Of a stretch of 64,000 bases of DNA, positions 8,870-18,025 are shown piece by piece. A program made the position numbers and the translations under genes. The DNA is from Minisyncoccota bacterium (GTDB taxonomy: Bacteria > Patescibacteriota > Minisyncoccia > Phycocordibacterales > UBA918). The DNA lies in contig JAGOSI010000001.1 in NCBI GenBank assembly GCA_018062385.1, positions 5,904 to 69,903 of the forward strand, in the 5' to 3' direction. How positions within the stretch are numbered: position 1 is the first letter of the stretch; each line of letters begins with the position of its first letter. The notes beneath the pieces were generated by a model. That model was not told the origin of the DNA, ran no database searches, and saw nothing but the letters and a program-made list of their open reading frames with translations.

Positions 8870-9181
8870 ATGAAAATTAGAAAAGGAGATACCGTGCAGA
8901 TCATTGCCGGAAAAGATAAAGGTAAGACAGGATCAGTTTTGACTGCCTTGCCAAGAACCGAACAAGTAATTATCGAAGGAATGAATGTGGTGAAGAAGCA
9001 CCAAAAGAATCGTCGCACTCGTTCACAAGGTCAAATTATCGAAAAAAGTTTACCAATCCACGTATCTAATGTTGCTTTACTAGAAGGCGACAAGCCAGTA
9101 CGTGTGGGATACAGCATTGAAGGTGAGGGTGAGAAACGAAAGAAAGTGCGTGTTGCCCGCCCAAGCGGTAAGAAACTATAA
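8870..9181 (+). CDS. rplX: 50S ribosomal protein L24
   Basis: MKIRKGDTVQIIAGKDKGKTG... KOW motif; synteny. Confidence 0.95.
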   Translation: MKIRKGDTVQIIAGKDKGKTGSVLTALPRTEQVIIEGMNVVKKHQKNRRTRSQGQIIEKSLPIHVSNVALLEGDKPVRVGYSIEGEGEKRKKVRVARPSGKKL

Positions 9182-9182
9182 T

Positions 9183-9719
9183 ATGGAAACAACACAAACT
9201 CGCATCAAAAATGCCTATGGCGCTATGAAGACAGACTTTGGTTATACCAATGTCATGCAAGCTCCAAGAGTAGAAAAGGTAGTGGTATCAGTGGGTACTG
9301 GCCGTGTTCAGGACAAAGCGAAAATTGCTTTAATCCAAGATCGTCTAGCTCAAATCACTGGTCAAAAACCATCACCGCGACCAGCGAAGCAATCAATTGC
9401 TTCATTCAAGCTACGTGAGGGTGATATCATTGGTTACCAAATAACTCTACGTGGTGCTCGCATGATGCACTTCCTAGATAAGTTGATCAACCTAGCTTTG
9501 CCACAAACTCGCGACTTCCGCGGACTAAAGGTAACAGCGATTGATGAAATGGGTAACTACACTATTGGTATTAAGGAACATACGATTTTCCCAGAGTGTG
9601 GTGACGAAGAAATCAGAGACGTTTTTTCATTAGCGATTACGATTGTAACTACCGCTAGTGACAAGAAAGAGGCCGAAGCTTTCTTGCGTCATATTGGTTT
9701 ACCTTTGCAAAACAAATAA
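9183..9719 (+). CDS. rplE: 50S ribosomal protein L5 (start at METTQTRIKNAY; the listed ORF begins at an upstream in-frame ATG inside rplX)
   Basis: L5 signature sequence; ATG at 9183 directly after the rplX stop. Confidence 0.9.
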   Translation: METTQTRIKNAYGAMKTDFGYTNVMQAPRVEKVVVSVGTGRVQDKAKIALIQDRLAQITGQKPSPRPAKQSIASFKLREGDIIGYQITLRGARMMHFLDKLINLALPQTRDFRGLKVTAIDEMGNYTIGIKEHTIFPECGDEEIRDVFSLAITIVTTASDKKEAEAFLRHIGLPLQNK

Positions 9720-9743
9720 TTGATTGTAAGAGAAATAATAAAA

Positions 9744-9775
9744 CCCCCGAAAAACTTCGTTTTTCGGGGGTTTTT
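9744..9775 (+). terminator. Rho-independent terminator after rplE (cccccgaaaaac-ttc-gtttttcggggg + T5)
   Basis: 12-bp perfect stem and T-run; separates rplE from rpsN, which are normally co-transcribed. Confidence 0.75.
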
Positions 9776-9998
9776 GAAGTGTGATTAAATTTAATATTTT
9801 CTGTCAGTTTTATAAAATTTTCCGATTAATCCCATTACAAAAAATAAAAGTACTAACAGAAGTAACCAAAATGGAGCCAAAATCATATCTTTCACTATAA
9901 ATTCCTCCTAATTTAAAAATAAATCATAATCTCTACTTGTGTATCTATAATTATAATGACATTTTTTAAAGTTTTGTCCACAGACACCTATTAGTAGG

Positions 9999-10027
9999 TT
10001 GACTTTATCCTTATTTTTCGGTACTGT
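9999..10027 (+). promoter_or_regulatory. sigma70-like promoter of rpsN-secY sub-operon: TTGACT-N17-TACTGT
   Basis: -35 TTGACT 9999-10004, 17-nt spacer, -10 TACTGT 10022-10027; near-identical to the promoter at 5938-5966. Confidence 0.6.
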
Positions 10028-10156
10028 AGCGGGCAAGGCGACATTATAGGTCACCAACAAAAAACCTATAGTTCGCTGCCCAGTCTTTGACTCGGCGATT
10101 ATCAGGGGGTAAGTCACGACAAACTACGTGATACTATCCCATAAACAAACACAAAA

Positions 10157-10342
10157 GTGGCACGAAAATCAGTAAAGCTTCGCGCGATGCGCGAACCAAA
10201 GTTTGCTTGCCAAGTCGTAAGACGATGTAAGCTGTGTGGCCGAAAGCGAGGATATATGCGAGATTTTGATACTTGCCGTATCTGTTTCCGCGAGTTGGCC
10301 CACGAAGGACATATACCAGGAGTTAAGAAATCATCATGGTAG
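10157..10342 (+). CDS. rpsN: 30S ribosomal protein S14 type Z (zinc-binding, 61 aa), GTG start
   Basis: [16 protein letters not shown]...[38 protein letters not shown] with CxxC...CxxC. Confidence 0.95.
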   Translation: MARKSVKLRAMREPKFACQVVRRCKLCGRKRGYMRDFDTCRICFRELAHEGHIPGVKKSSW

Positions 10343-10734
10343 GAGATATTATTGGCGACATGATCATTCGACTGAAGAACGCTGGAGTAGTAGGCAAGAA
10401 ACAAGTAGAAATGCCATATTCTAAGCTTCGTCATGCAGTCGCGAACAAGTTAGTCGCAGCCGGATATATTGAAAAGGCCGAGCAACAAGGGAAGAAAGAT
10501 AAGGTACAGAAGTTACTAGTGGTAACTCTAAAGTATGAGAACGGACGACATCGAATTGATGGCGTAAAGCGTATCTCAAAACCAGGTCGCCGCTTGTACA
10601 CAAAGGTCGCAGATATTCACAGAGTTAAGTTTGGTAAAGGGCATATGCTACTTTCTACACCAGCTGGCATCCTCACAAACGAGGAAGCTAAAGCGCAAAA
10701 TGTAGGAGGTGAACAGCTCTTCATCATTTGGTAA
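10336..10734 (+). CDS. rpsH: 30S ribosomal protein S8
   Basis: Conserved S8 sequence; 7-nt overlap with rpsN. Confidence 0.95.
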   Translation: MVGDIIGDMIIRLKNAGVVGKKQVEMPYSKLRHAVANKLVAAGYIEKAEQQGKKDKVQKLLVVTLKYENGRHRIDGVKRISKPGRRLYTKVADIHRVKFGKGHMLLSTPAGILTNEEAKAQNVGGEQLFIIW

Positions 10735-10738
10735 AAGT

Positions 10739-11269
10739 ATGAGTCGATTAGGAAAACAACCAGTAACCATTCCAACCGGAGTCACAGTCACATGTGATGG
10801 TGGATTACTAAAGGTGACGGGACCAAAAGGAACTCTAGAGAAGCCAGTCCGACCAGATGTAAATATTGCTATTGACGGCAATACTATTACTTTGACACCA
10901 AATAAGACGGTTAATGCACCAGCTTTGTGGGGAACCTACGCTGCTCACGTGCGTAATATGATCAAAGGTGTAACTGAAGGCTTTGTTAAGATCCTAGAAA
11001 TCGAAGGTGTAGGATACCGCGCTGAAGTAAAGGGAAGTGAGATTGTTCTAAATATGGGCTACTCACATCCAGTACCACTAGCAATTCCAGCTGGAATTAC
11101 TGCTTTGGTAGAAAAAAGTGTCGTCACTCTTAGTGGTATCGATAAAGAGCTTTTGGGTCAGTTTGCAGCAAATGTACGCAAGGTACGCAAGCCAGAACCA
11201 TACAAAGGTAAGGGTATTCGTTATCGTGGAGAGTTTATTATTCGCAAACAAGGTAAGAAGGCTGCGTAA
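10739..11269 (+). CDS. rplF: 50S ribosomal protein L6 (start at MSRLGKQPVTIP)
   Basis: L6 N-terminus MSRxGKxP.TIP; ORF track begins 30 nt upstream at an in-frame ATG overlapping rpsH. Confidence 0.9.
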   Translation: MSRLGKQPVTIPTGVTVTCDGGLLKVTGPKGTLEKPVRPDVNIAIDGNTITLTPNKTVNAPALWGTYAAHVRNMIKGVTEGFVKILEIEGVGYRAEVKGSEIVLNMGYSHPVPLAIPAGITALVEKSVVTLSGIDKELLGQFAANVRKVRKPEPYKGKGIRYRGEFIIRKQGKKAA

Positions 11270-11290
11270 GCCCATAATTCGATTTGATAT

Positions 11291-11641
11291 ATGGAAAAAA
11301 CACAGTATAAAACAAGTAAGCGAGTATCTCGCCATAATCGGATTAGGGCTAAGGTGTCGGGTACGGCAGAACGCCCACGCCTAGCTATCTTCCGCAGTAA
11401 CCGCTTTGTCTACGCCCAGCTAATAGACGACGTTACTGGTAAGACACTAGCAGCTTCTGATTCACGTAAGGTTGAAGGTAAGACTTTGACTGAACGCGCT
11501 CAGGCGGTTGGTACAGATATTGCTAGTAAGGCTAAAACTATCGGTGTCAATACTATTGTATTTGACCGTGGTGGTTTTCGTTACCAAGGAGCCGTGGCAG
11601 CGCTAGCTGATAGTGCTCGAACTGGAGGCTTGGTATTCTAA
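11291..11641 (+). CDS. rplR: 50S ribosomal protein L18
   Basis: ...RPRLAIFRSNRFVYAQLIDD...FDRGGFRYQGAVAALADSARTGGLVF. Confidence 0.95.
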   Translation: MEKTQYKTSKRVSRHNRIRAKVSGTAERPRLAIFRSNRFVYAQLIDDVTGKTLAASDSRKVEGKTLTERAQAVGTDIASKAKTIGVNTIVFDRGGFRYQGAVAALADSARTGGLVF

Positions 11642-11692
11642 ATTAATAAACGAAAGTATTGCTAAATTCATTACTTTCATAAGAAAAAAATA

Positions 11693-12310
11693 ATGTCAGA
11701 AACAAAACAGCAGGAAGCTACAACTGGCGCTACGCCAGAGCTTGAGGTGAAAACCTCTACCGATGCACCCGCTGTCGCTGGTTCAGAAAGAACTGAACGC
11801 GGTCGACGGGGACAAGGAGGAGCAGACAAAAGAAATCAACGTCGTCCACGACGTGGCGCTGGTCGTCCAGAACGCGCACGTCCAGAATTTGACCAAAAAA
11901 TCATTAGTATTCGTCGCGTAACTCGTGTTATGGCTGGAGGTCGTCGTTTCAGTTTCTCAGTAGCGATGGTGATTGGTGATAAGAAAGGAAAGGTGGGAGT
12001 TGGTATTGGAAAAGCTGGTGATACTCAAGCCGCAATCGAAAAAGCGATTCGTGATGCTAAGAAGAACATGATTATCGTACCAATGGACAAGGAGAGCCGT
12101 ATTCCACACGATGTACATACAAAGTATGTTTCAAGTGAGGTAATGATTATGCCGGCACCTGGTCGTGGACTAGTAGCAGGATCTTCAGTACGTACCGTTC
12201 TTGAACACGCTGGTGTGAAGGATGTGACTGCCAAAATCTTCTCACGTAGTAAGAACAAACTTAACAATGCTCGCGCCGCTGTCGAAGCGCTTAAACTTCT
12301 AAGGAAATAA
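11693..12310 (+). CDS. rpsE: 30S ribosomal protein S5 with Arg/Gly-rich N-terminal extension
   Basis: S5 dsRBD and C-terminal domain (...IISIRRVTRVMAGGRRFSF...); ~60-aa basic N-terminal extension. Confidence 0.95.
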   Translation: MSETKQQEATTGATPELEVKTSTDAPAVAGSERTERGRRGQGGADKRNQRRPRRGAGRPERARPEFDQKIISIRRVTRVMAGGRRFSFSVAMVIGDKKGKVGVGIGKAGDTQAAIEKAIRDAKKNMIIVPMDKESRIPHDVHTKYVSSEVMIMPAPGRGLVAGSSVRTVLEHAGVKDVTAKIFSRSKNKLNNARAAVEALKLLRK

Positions 12311-12315
12311 TTAGT

Positions 12316-12768
12316 ATGCAGTTACATGAACTAAAACCAACTTCTCCAAGAAAGACCGCCAAAAGAATCGGTCTTGGTGGAAAGCGTGGTAAGACTTCTG
12401 GTCGTGGAGGAAAGGGTCAGACCGCTCGTACTGGTAACAGTATGCGTCCAGAAATGCGCGACCAGATCAAGAAGCTTCCAAAGCTTCGTGGGCACGGTAA
12501 AAATCGCGCTCGCACTGTAAATAGTGAAAGAGAAGAAATCGCTGTAGTAAATCTATCTCGTTTAGAGACAGTATTTAACGCTGGTGATACAGTGTCTCCA
12601 AAGACTCTGGTGGCAAATAAGGTCATCAGTGCAGTAGGTAGACGTGTACCAAAGGTAAAGATCTTAGCTACAGGAGAAATCACTAAGAAATTAACTATTG
12701 AAAACTGTCAGATGTCAGAGACAGCTAAGGCAAAAATCGAAAAAGCTGGTGGAATTGTTACAAAATAG
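12316..12768 (+). CDS. rplO: 50S ribosomal protein L15 (directly follows rpsE; no L30 gene)
   Basis: MQLHELKPTSPRKTAKRIGLGGKRGKTSGRGGKGQ... Confidence 0.95.
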   Translation: MQLHELKPTSPRKTAKRIGLGGKRGKTSGRGGKGQTARTGNSMRPEMRDQIKKLPKLRGHGKNRARTVNSEREEIAVVNLSRLETVFNAGDTVSPKTLVANKVISAVGRRVPKVKILATGEITKKLTIENCQMSETAKAKIEKAGGIVTK

Positions 12769-12783
12769 GTACTATAGTAATGT

Positions 12784-14055
12784 ATGCAAAAATTCTTCCG
12801 CAAACTTACTCTAGTCTTCACCGAACCGGCGATTAGAAATCGAGTCTTATTTATCCTTGGAGCACTGGTCATTTTTAGAATGCTAGCGTCAATTCCGATT
12901 CCAGGAGTTGATCAAGCGGTTTTGCAACAATTTTTTGCCAACAACCAATTCCTAGGATTACTCAACATCTTCTCTGGTGGTGGATTGGCCAACTTGTCAA
13001 TCGTAATGCTTGGTGTAGGGCCGTTTATTACAGCGGCTATCATCATGCAGTTGATGACGGTGATGTCACCAAAAATCAAGAGTATGCACACTGAGGAGGG
13101 TGAAGCTGGACGTGCAAAGTTTACTCAAATCAGCCGACTTTTGACTTTACCTTTGGCTGTTCTACAAGGTTTTGGCTTCCTAACTCTTCTACAGAGTCAG
13201 GGGGTTATCTCTGGACTTTCTACCTTTGATTTCGTAGTTAATGTGATCTTGGTGGTAGCTGGTTCTATGCTCCTTATGTGGATCGGTGAATTAATCACCG
13301 AATACGGTATCGGGAACGGTGTTTCAATTATCATCTTTGCTGGTATCGTAGCAACTTTGCCATCGACCGTTAGTCAATTGGCTTTTACTTTTGATCCGTC
13401 ACAATTACCATTGTATATAGGATTCGGCTTTGTTGCCCTCTTCATTATTTATGCGGTGGTATTCATGACTGAAGCTGAGCGTCCGGTACCGATTACTTAC
13501 GCCAAACAAAGTCGAGGAGGAGCAACTTATGGAGGTAGTTCTTCATACTTACCACTTCGTCTCAATCAGGCTGGAGTGATTCCGATCATCTTCGCGCTAT
13601 CGATCTTGCTCTTCCCGCAAATGGTGCTAAACATTCTTTCAGCCTTCAATTTGTCTTGGGTGGCAGGAGCTAATGAGACAGTGACTTCTATCCTTAACAA
13701 TCAGCTGATCTACGGTGCTATCTACTTTGTCTTGGTTTTCCTATTCACTTTCTTCTATACTGCAGTAACTTTCGACCCAGAGAATGTGGCTAAGAACTTA
13801 CAAAGAAATGGTGCTTATATCCCCGGTATTCGTCCAGGTAACCATACTTCAGAATATCTTGGTGGTTTGATCACTCGTTTAACTCTTGTTGGTGCTATCT
13901 TCCTTGGCTTTGTAGCAGTGTTACCGATTGGTATGCAAATGGCAACCGGTATTGCAGCTCTAGCGATTGGGGGTACAGCGGTGTTGATTGTGGTGCAGGT
14001 AGTTCTAGACTTGATTCGTCGACTTGATGCTCAGATATCACTTCGAGAGTACTAG
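12784..14055 (+). CDS. secY: preprotein translocase subunit SecY
   Basis: 10-TM protein with SecY motifs; follows rplO. Confidence 0.95.
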   Translation: MQKFFRKLTLVFTEPAIRNRVLFILGALVIFRMLASIPIPGVDQAVLQQFFANNQFLGLLNIFSGGGLANLSIVMLGVGPFITAAIIMQLMTVMSPKIKSMHTEEGEAGRAKFTQISRLLTLPLAVLQGFGFLTLLQSQGVISGLSTFDFVVNVILVVAGSMLLMWIGELITEYGIGNGVSIIIFAGIVATLPSTVSQLAFTFDPSQLPLYIGFGFVALFIIYAVVFMTEAERPVPITYAKQSRGGATYGGSSSYLPLRLNQAGVIPIIFALSILLFPQMVLNILSAFNLSWVAGANETVTSILNNQLIYGAIYFVLVFLFTFFYTAVTFDPENVAKNLQRNGAYIPGIRPGNHTSEYLGGLITRLTLVGAIFLGFVAVLPIGMQMATGIAALAIGGTAVLIVVQVVLDLIRRLDAQISLREY

Positions 14056-14070
14056 AGGTACATTGAAAAC

Positions 14071-14120
14071 AAAAAGCCAGAAAAAACCAGTCCCTAGGGA
14101 CTGGTTTTTCTGGCTTTTTG
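14071..14120. terminator. Bidirectional terminator between secY (+) and cmk-like gene (-)
   Basis: Long perfect palindrome gccagaaaaaaccagtccc-tag-ggactggtttttctggc flanked by A- and T-runs. Confidence 0.75.
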
Positions 14121-14126
14121 TTTCCT

Positions 14127-14759
14127 CTAATATTGATTTTTAAATGAGTATCCAAGTGGAATAGAGCTTCTTACTTGTTTCCAAGTGTCAGTTTTTAGCC
14201 ATTGTCGGTAATGATCATAGACAGTCAAAGCTACAGTTTGTGGGGTGTGACGTGAGGTGTCTATAACTAAGTCAAAGTGTTCGATATTGTATGGGTCGAC
14301 ATTGTACATTTGCTTAAAGCGTCGCCTTTCGTTTTCCATGCGTTCTTGCACTTGTTTACTGACGGAATCAAGGGAACTGGCAACTTCGCCACTTTTAGTT
14401 CGCATGTTGTTGCTCACAGCATCTTTAAAGATACGTACTGTCGCTACCTGCATATCAAGATCTAAATAAACCTTAAAAGATTCTGGTAACCAATAGAAAC
14501 CGAGACGAGAATCAATAATCACATCTTTTTTGTTTCTAAGTCCGCGCAGATATTCATCGACTTTAGTATCAAGAGCGTGGTCATCGTTGGCTTTTTCATT
14601 GTATTCAGCCAAGGTCATATGTTCACGTGCTAAGATATTTCGTACCATATCGCCTGAAGAGTATCTGGTGTATCCCAATAATTCTGCCACTTTGTCGGAG
14701 GTTGAAGATTTTCCGCTTCCCGGTTTGCCTGAAATGGTAATGATATGTTTTCTTTCCAT
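14127..14759 (-). CDS. cmk: P-loop nucleoside monophosphate kinase, cytidylate kinase-like
   Basis: ITISGKPGSGKSSTSDKVAELLGY..SGDMVR resembles the CMK N-terminus (IDGPxGSGKST...G..YR); assignment within the NMP kinase family is tentative. Confidence 0.5.
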   Translation of the reverse strand: MERKHIITISGKPGSGKSSTSDKVAELLGYTRYSSGDMVRNILAREHMTLAEYNEKANDDHALDTKVDEYLRGLRNKKDVIIDSRLGFYWLPESFKVYLDLDMQVATVRIFKDAVSNNMRTKSGEVASSLDSVSKQVQERMENERRRFKQMYNVDPYNIEHFDLVIDTSRHTPQTVALTVYDHYRQWLKTDTWKQVRSSIPLGYSFKNQY

Positions 14760-14816
14760 GATAGTAGCATATCATAAAAAGCGGTTGCGAATGAGGCAAA
14801 AAACTGATACTCTCGG

Positions 14817-15395
14817 TTGACTATGGAATATAAAACTAAATATAAAAGTATTGTTTTTATGGGTAAAATCGCCTCTGGCAAGGGCACTCAAGCCAATGCT
14901 ATCAGTAGTCATTTTGGTGGAATTATTTATTCAAACGGTAATAAAGTCCGCGAGACGGCTCAATTGCCAACTGTTTTTGGCAAGAAAATCAAAGAAATTT
15001 ACGAAACTGGATTATTAATTCCAGAGTGGGTCGCTTCTTATTGGATGACGCACGCGATTGTTACTCAGTTTACTGATGAACGAGTGATTTTTGAGGGGGT
15101 AGCTAAGAAACCAAATGAAGCTGAACTTTTTCATGAAATCCATGAAATGATTGGTCGTCCATATATAGTTTTTAATTTAGATGTCAGTGATGAAGAAGTT
15201 CATGCGCGGAGTGCTATGCGTGCCCGTGATGTGGTTGATAATCCTAAAGCAGTAGATACCCGCTTGGCAGAATATCAAACCTACACCACCAAGTCTATCG
15301 AATTTTTTAGAGACAAAGGCACCTTGATTGATATTGATGGCTCTTTAGATTCAAAAACCGTTCAAGAAAAAATCTTTAAGTATTTAATAAATTAA
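14817..15395 (+). CDS. adenylate kinase family paralog with degenerate motifs
   Basis: P-loop GKIASGKGTQA present; DGFPR replaced by EGVAKK; LID arginines partly retained. Confidence 0.55.
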   Translation: MTMEYKTKYKSIVFMGKIASGKGTQANAISSHFGGIIYSNGNKVRETAQLPTVFGKKIKEIYETGLLIPEWVASYWMTHAIVTQFTDERVIFEGVAKKPNEAELFHEIHEMIGRPYIVFNLDVSDEEVHARSAMRARDVVDNPKAVDTRLAEYQTYTTKSIEFFRDKGTLIDIDGSLDSKTVQEKIFKYLIN

Positions 15396-15400
15396 ATTTT

Positions 15401-15997
15401 ATGGAAGCATTAACCGTTATTTTTATTGGTCCACAAGGTAGTGGAAAGGGAACTCAGATTGATAAAGTGAGATCAGTTATTTCACAGCTCGATAATGAAA
15501 GGAAATTATTAGAAATCCAAACTGGTCGCTTGTTTCGTGCTATGACAGCCAGAGCTGATACTTTTGCAAAAAATAAAATAACTAACACTTTGTCACAGGG
15601 TATTTTGCAACCAGATTTTCTAACTTTTGTGTTATGGGGACAGGAGATGTTAAATGAACTTGACCCAAATAGTCACTTATTAATTGACGGTTTTCCGAGA
15701 ACTGTGTCGCAAGCTCAAGTTTTAGAGGGGGCCTTTACCTTCTTTGAAAGAAATCATATTCAAGTTATTAATCTCGATACACCGGAAGAGATTGTGCGTG
15801 AGCGAATGCTTGGTCGTGCTCGAGCCGATGATACTTTAGAGGCGATTGAGAGTCGTTTGCGCTGGTATCGTGAAGATACTTTGCCAGTACTAGAATACTA
15901 TCGTCAAAAGAGCAATGCTACTGTGCACGATATCAACGGCAATAATTCTATAGAATCTGTTCATGAGCAGATTTTGGTAGCGCTTAAACTAAAATAA
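15401..15997 (+). CDS. adk: adenylate kinase (short LID, no zinc knuckle)
   Basis: IGPQGSGKGTQ, LIDGFPRTVSQAQ, GRARADDTLEAIESRL; canonical position after secY. Confidence 0.85.
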   Translation: MEALTVIFIGPQGSGKGTQIDKVRSVISQLDNERKLLEIQTGRLFRAMTARADTFAKNKITNTLSQGILQPDFLTFVLWGQEMLNELDPNSHLLIDGFPRTVSQAQVLEGAFTFFERNHIQVINLDTPEEIVRERMLGRARADDTLEAIESRLRWYREDTLPVLEYYRQKSNATVHDINGNNSIESVHEQILVALKLK

Positions 15998-15999
15998 AT

Positions 16000-16770
16000 A
16001 TGATCACCAAAAAAACACCAGAGGAAATTGAGATTCTAAAAGAAGCCGGTGCGATTTTAGCCAAATGTCTTAAAGAATTGGCAAAAGAAGCAGTAGTAGG
16101 AAATACCACGCTTGATATTGATGATCGAGCGATGGAACTGGTGGAGGAGTATGGTGTTGAGCCGGTACTTCTCGGTTATCACCCCAGCTTTGCTGATTAT
16201 CCTTACCCAGCTGCAGTTTGTGTTTCGGTCAATAATTGTGTTCAGCACGGTATTCCGAGTGAAGAGGTGATTTTGAAAGAGGGGGATGTGGTCAATATCG
16301 ACATGTCGATCGGCTACAAGGGTATGATAGTGGATTCGGGCATCACGGTTGGGGTGGGTGAAATTTCGGCTGAAGCTAAGTCACTTCTGGCTGTAACTCA
16401 AGAGGCTTTAGCGCATGGGATTAAAATGGCAAAAGCAGGAAATAGAATTGGTGACATCAGCGCCACTATTCAACAGTTTGTAGAATCACGCGGATTTTCA
16501 GTGGTGGAAGTTTTGTGTGGTCATGGTGTGGGTTACAAAGTGCACGAAGAACCAACTATTCCTAATTTTGGTAAAGCTGGTACTGGTCCAAAAATTGAAG
16601 TTGGACACGTTTATGCAATTGAACCGATTGTAAATGCTGGCAAAAAAGATGTTTACTTTGATGATGAGGGTGATGGCTATAGTGTTTACACCACCGACGG
16701 CTCAATTTCCGCTCACTTCGAGCATACGGTAGCGATTACTGAAAATGGTCCAGTGATTTTGACGAGGTAA
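16000..16770 (+). CDS. map: type I methionine aminopeptidase
   Basis: Pita-bread fold metal ligands (D...D...H...E...E context) and synteny after adk. Confidence 0.9.
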   Translation: MITKKTPEEIEILKEAGAILAKCLKELAKEAVVGNTTLDIDDRAMELVEEYGVEPVLLGYHPSFADYPYPAAVCVSVNNCVQHGIPSEEVILKEGDVVNIDMSIGYKGMIVDSGITVGVGEISAEAKSLLAVTQEALAHGIKMAKAGNRIGDISATIQQFVESRGFSVVEVLCGHGVGYKVHEEPTIPNFGKAGTGPKIEVGHVYAIEPIVNAGKKDVYFDDEGDGYSVYTTDGSISAHFEHTVAITENGPVILTR

Positions 16771-16811
16771 TTATTTTTCTTTATCAATTTTAAGCATATT
16801 GAATAATCACT

Positions 16812-17171
16812 ATGAGTGAAGATATTAAATCTGTTGTTTCAAAAGAAGATACTTTTGATAAATTAGAAATAAGAGTGGGGCGAGTAATTTCTGTAACGCT
16901 CGCACCAGACGCGCCAAAACCAGCCTATGTTATCAAAGCAGATTTTGGTAAGTTTGGTATAAAAACTTCAGTAGGGCGTTTTACTCAGCATTCAGAAGAA
17001 GAACTTAAGGGGAAACTTATTCTTGGGGTTTTGAATTTTGATACAAGACAAATTGGTTCTGTAATTTCAGAATTTCTTTGTTTAGGTGTTCAATATCCTA
17101 AAGCGGATAGCGGGGAAGCTACAATTATTACACCATTAGTTGAAGTTAAAATAGGTGGAAAATTATTTTAA
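16812..17171 (+). CDS. tRNA-binding domain protein (CsaA/Myf/EMAP-like OB fold)
   Basis: LEIRVGRVISVTLAPDAPKPAYVIKADFGKFG...RQIGSV matches the tRNA-binding domain pattern (LDLRVGKI...KLYV..VD.G). Confidence 0.65.
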   Translation: MSEDIKSVVSKEDTFDKLEIRVGRVISVTLAPDAPKPAYVIKADFGKFGIKTSVGRFTQHSEEELKGKLILGVLNFDTRQIGSVISEFLCLGVQYPKADSGEATIITPLVEVKIGGKLF

Positions 17172-17213
17172 CTAATTAGTTTATCAAATATATTATCTAC
17201 TTTTTCAAAAAAA

Positions 17214-17459
17214 TCACTTCGGATGTTTAATTATCGAAATGATTATGTAATCTGGGTCGATGATATAAAAGTAAAATCTATAGCCTTTATCGATTCTGCT
17301 TTGCCAAAGATCTTCAAAACCTTGATACTTTTTTATGTTTAGTGAGGGGTGTTGGTGGTTTTCTAACAAATAAGCAAATTGTTTGTCAGCTTTCTTTTGT
17401 ATTAATTTGGGTAAGGAAAGGTATTGCCTAATCGCTTTTTCGCTAAGCTTTATTTTCAT
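17214..17459 (-). CDS. type II toxin, RelE/ParE family
   Basis: C-terminal WQSRIDKGYRFYFYIIDPDYIIISIIKHPK resembles the RelE/YoeB motif (W..R....YR..F.I....I.I..I.HR); 17-nt overlap with upstream antitoxin gene. Confidence 0.65.
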   Translation of the reverse strand: MKIKLSEKAIRQYLSLPKLIQKKADKQFAYLLENHQHPSLNIKKYQGFEDLWQSRIDKGYRFYFYIIDPDYIIISIIKHPK

Positions 17460-17709
17460 AGCGATCTAGTTTTTTATGAAATTCATCAATTGAACCAAAC
17501 TCAATAAATCTGCCTTTTTTAATATCGTCTAGACTTTCTTTTATGTCTTTAGCCAGTTCTGTATCGAGTGAAGAAAGTTGTGGTTCCAAGATAATTTTAT
17601 TGCCAGATACTTCAATACGCAATACTTGCCCCTCTTCAATCGCTAGGAGATTGCGCAATTTTTTGGGTAGGGTAATCAATCCACGTTGTTGAAGCTTAAT
17701 CGTATTCAT
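17443..17709 (-). CDS. antitoxin, AbrB/MazE/SpoVT-type DNA-binding domain
   Basis: LITLPKKLRNLLAIEEGQVLRIEVSGNKIILEP = swapped-hairpin AbrB-like fold; upstream of and overlapping the toxin gene. Confidence 0.6.
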   Translation of the reverse strand: MNTIKLQQRGLITLPKKLRNLLAIEEGQVLRIEVSGNKIILEPQLSSLDTELAKDIKESLDDIKKGRFIEFGSIDEFHKKLDRYENKA

Positions 17710-18025
17710 ATTTTCAGTATATATGAATTTCAGTATTTTGTAAAATTAGTGTTGGTAATCTTAACGAAGTAATAAAAACTATCAGTAATTTCACAAAAAC
17801 TGTCTAACCAATAAACAATTAAATATTATTCGTGTCAATAGTGACAGTTGTGTATATACGTGATACTTTTGGCGCGGGTGATTGAGGTGACTCGTGTACG
17901 TATTTTACAGTCAAGTCAGCTTACTTCTTATGATCTTTTTGTTTTTTGAAATTGAACATTTGAAAATCACCTAAACGGAGCGTATTTTACGCTTTTTCTA
18001 AACTTTGAAAAAAGGAAGTAAGAAG

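Noticed and set aside
9908-10434. Minus-strand ORFs 9908-10117 and 10114-10434
   Set aside because: They overlap the rpsN promoter and the rpsN/rpsH coding sequences. They are spurious.
6164-12683. Numerous 60-140 aa ORFs antisense to or out of frame within r-protein genes (for example 6164-6358, 6526-6777, 6855-7283, 7747-8145, 12417-12683)
   Set aside because: They overlap highly conserved ribosomal protein genes on the opposite strand or in another frame, and their sequences are low-complexity. They are spurious.
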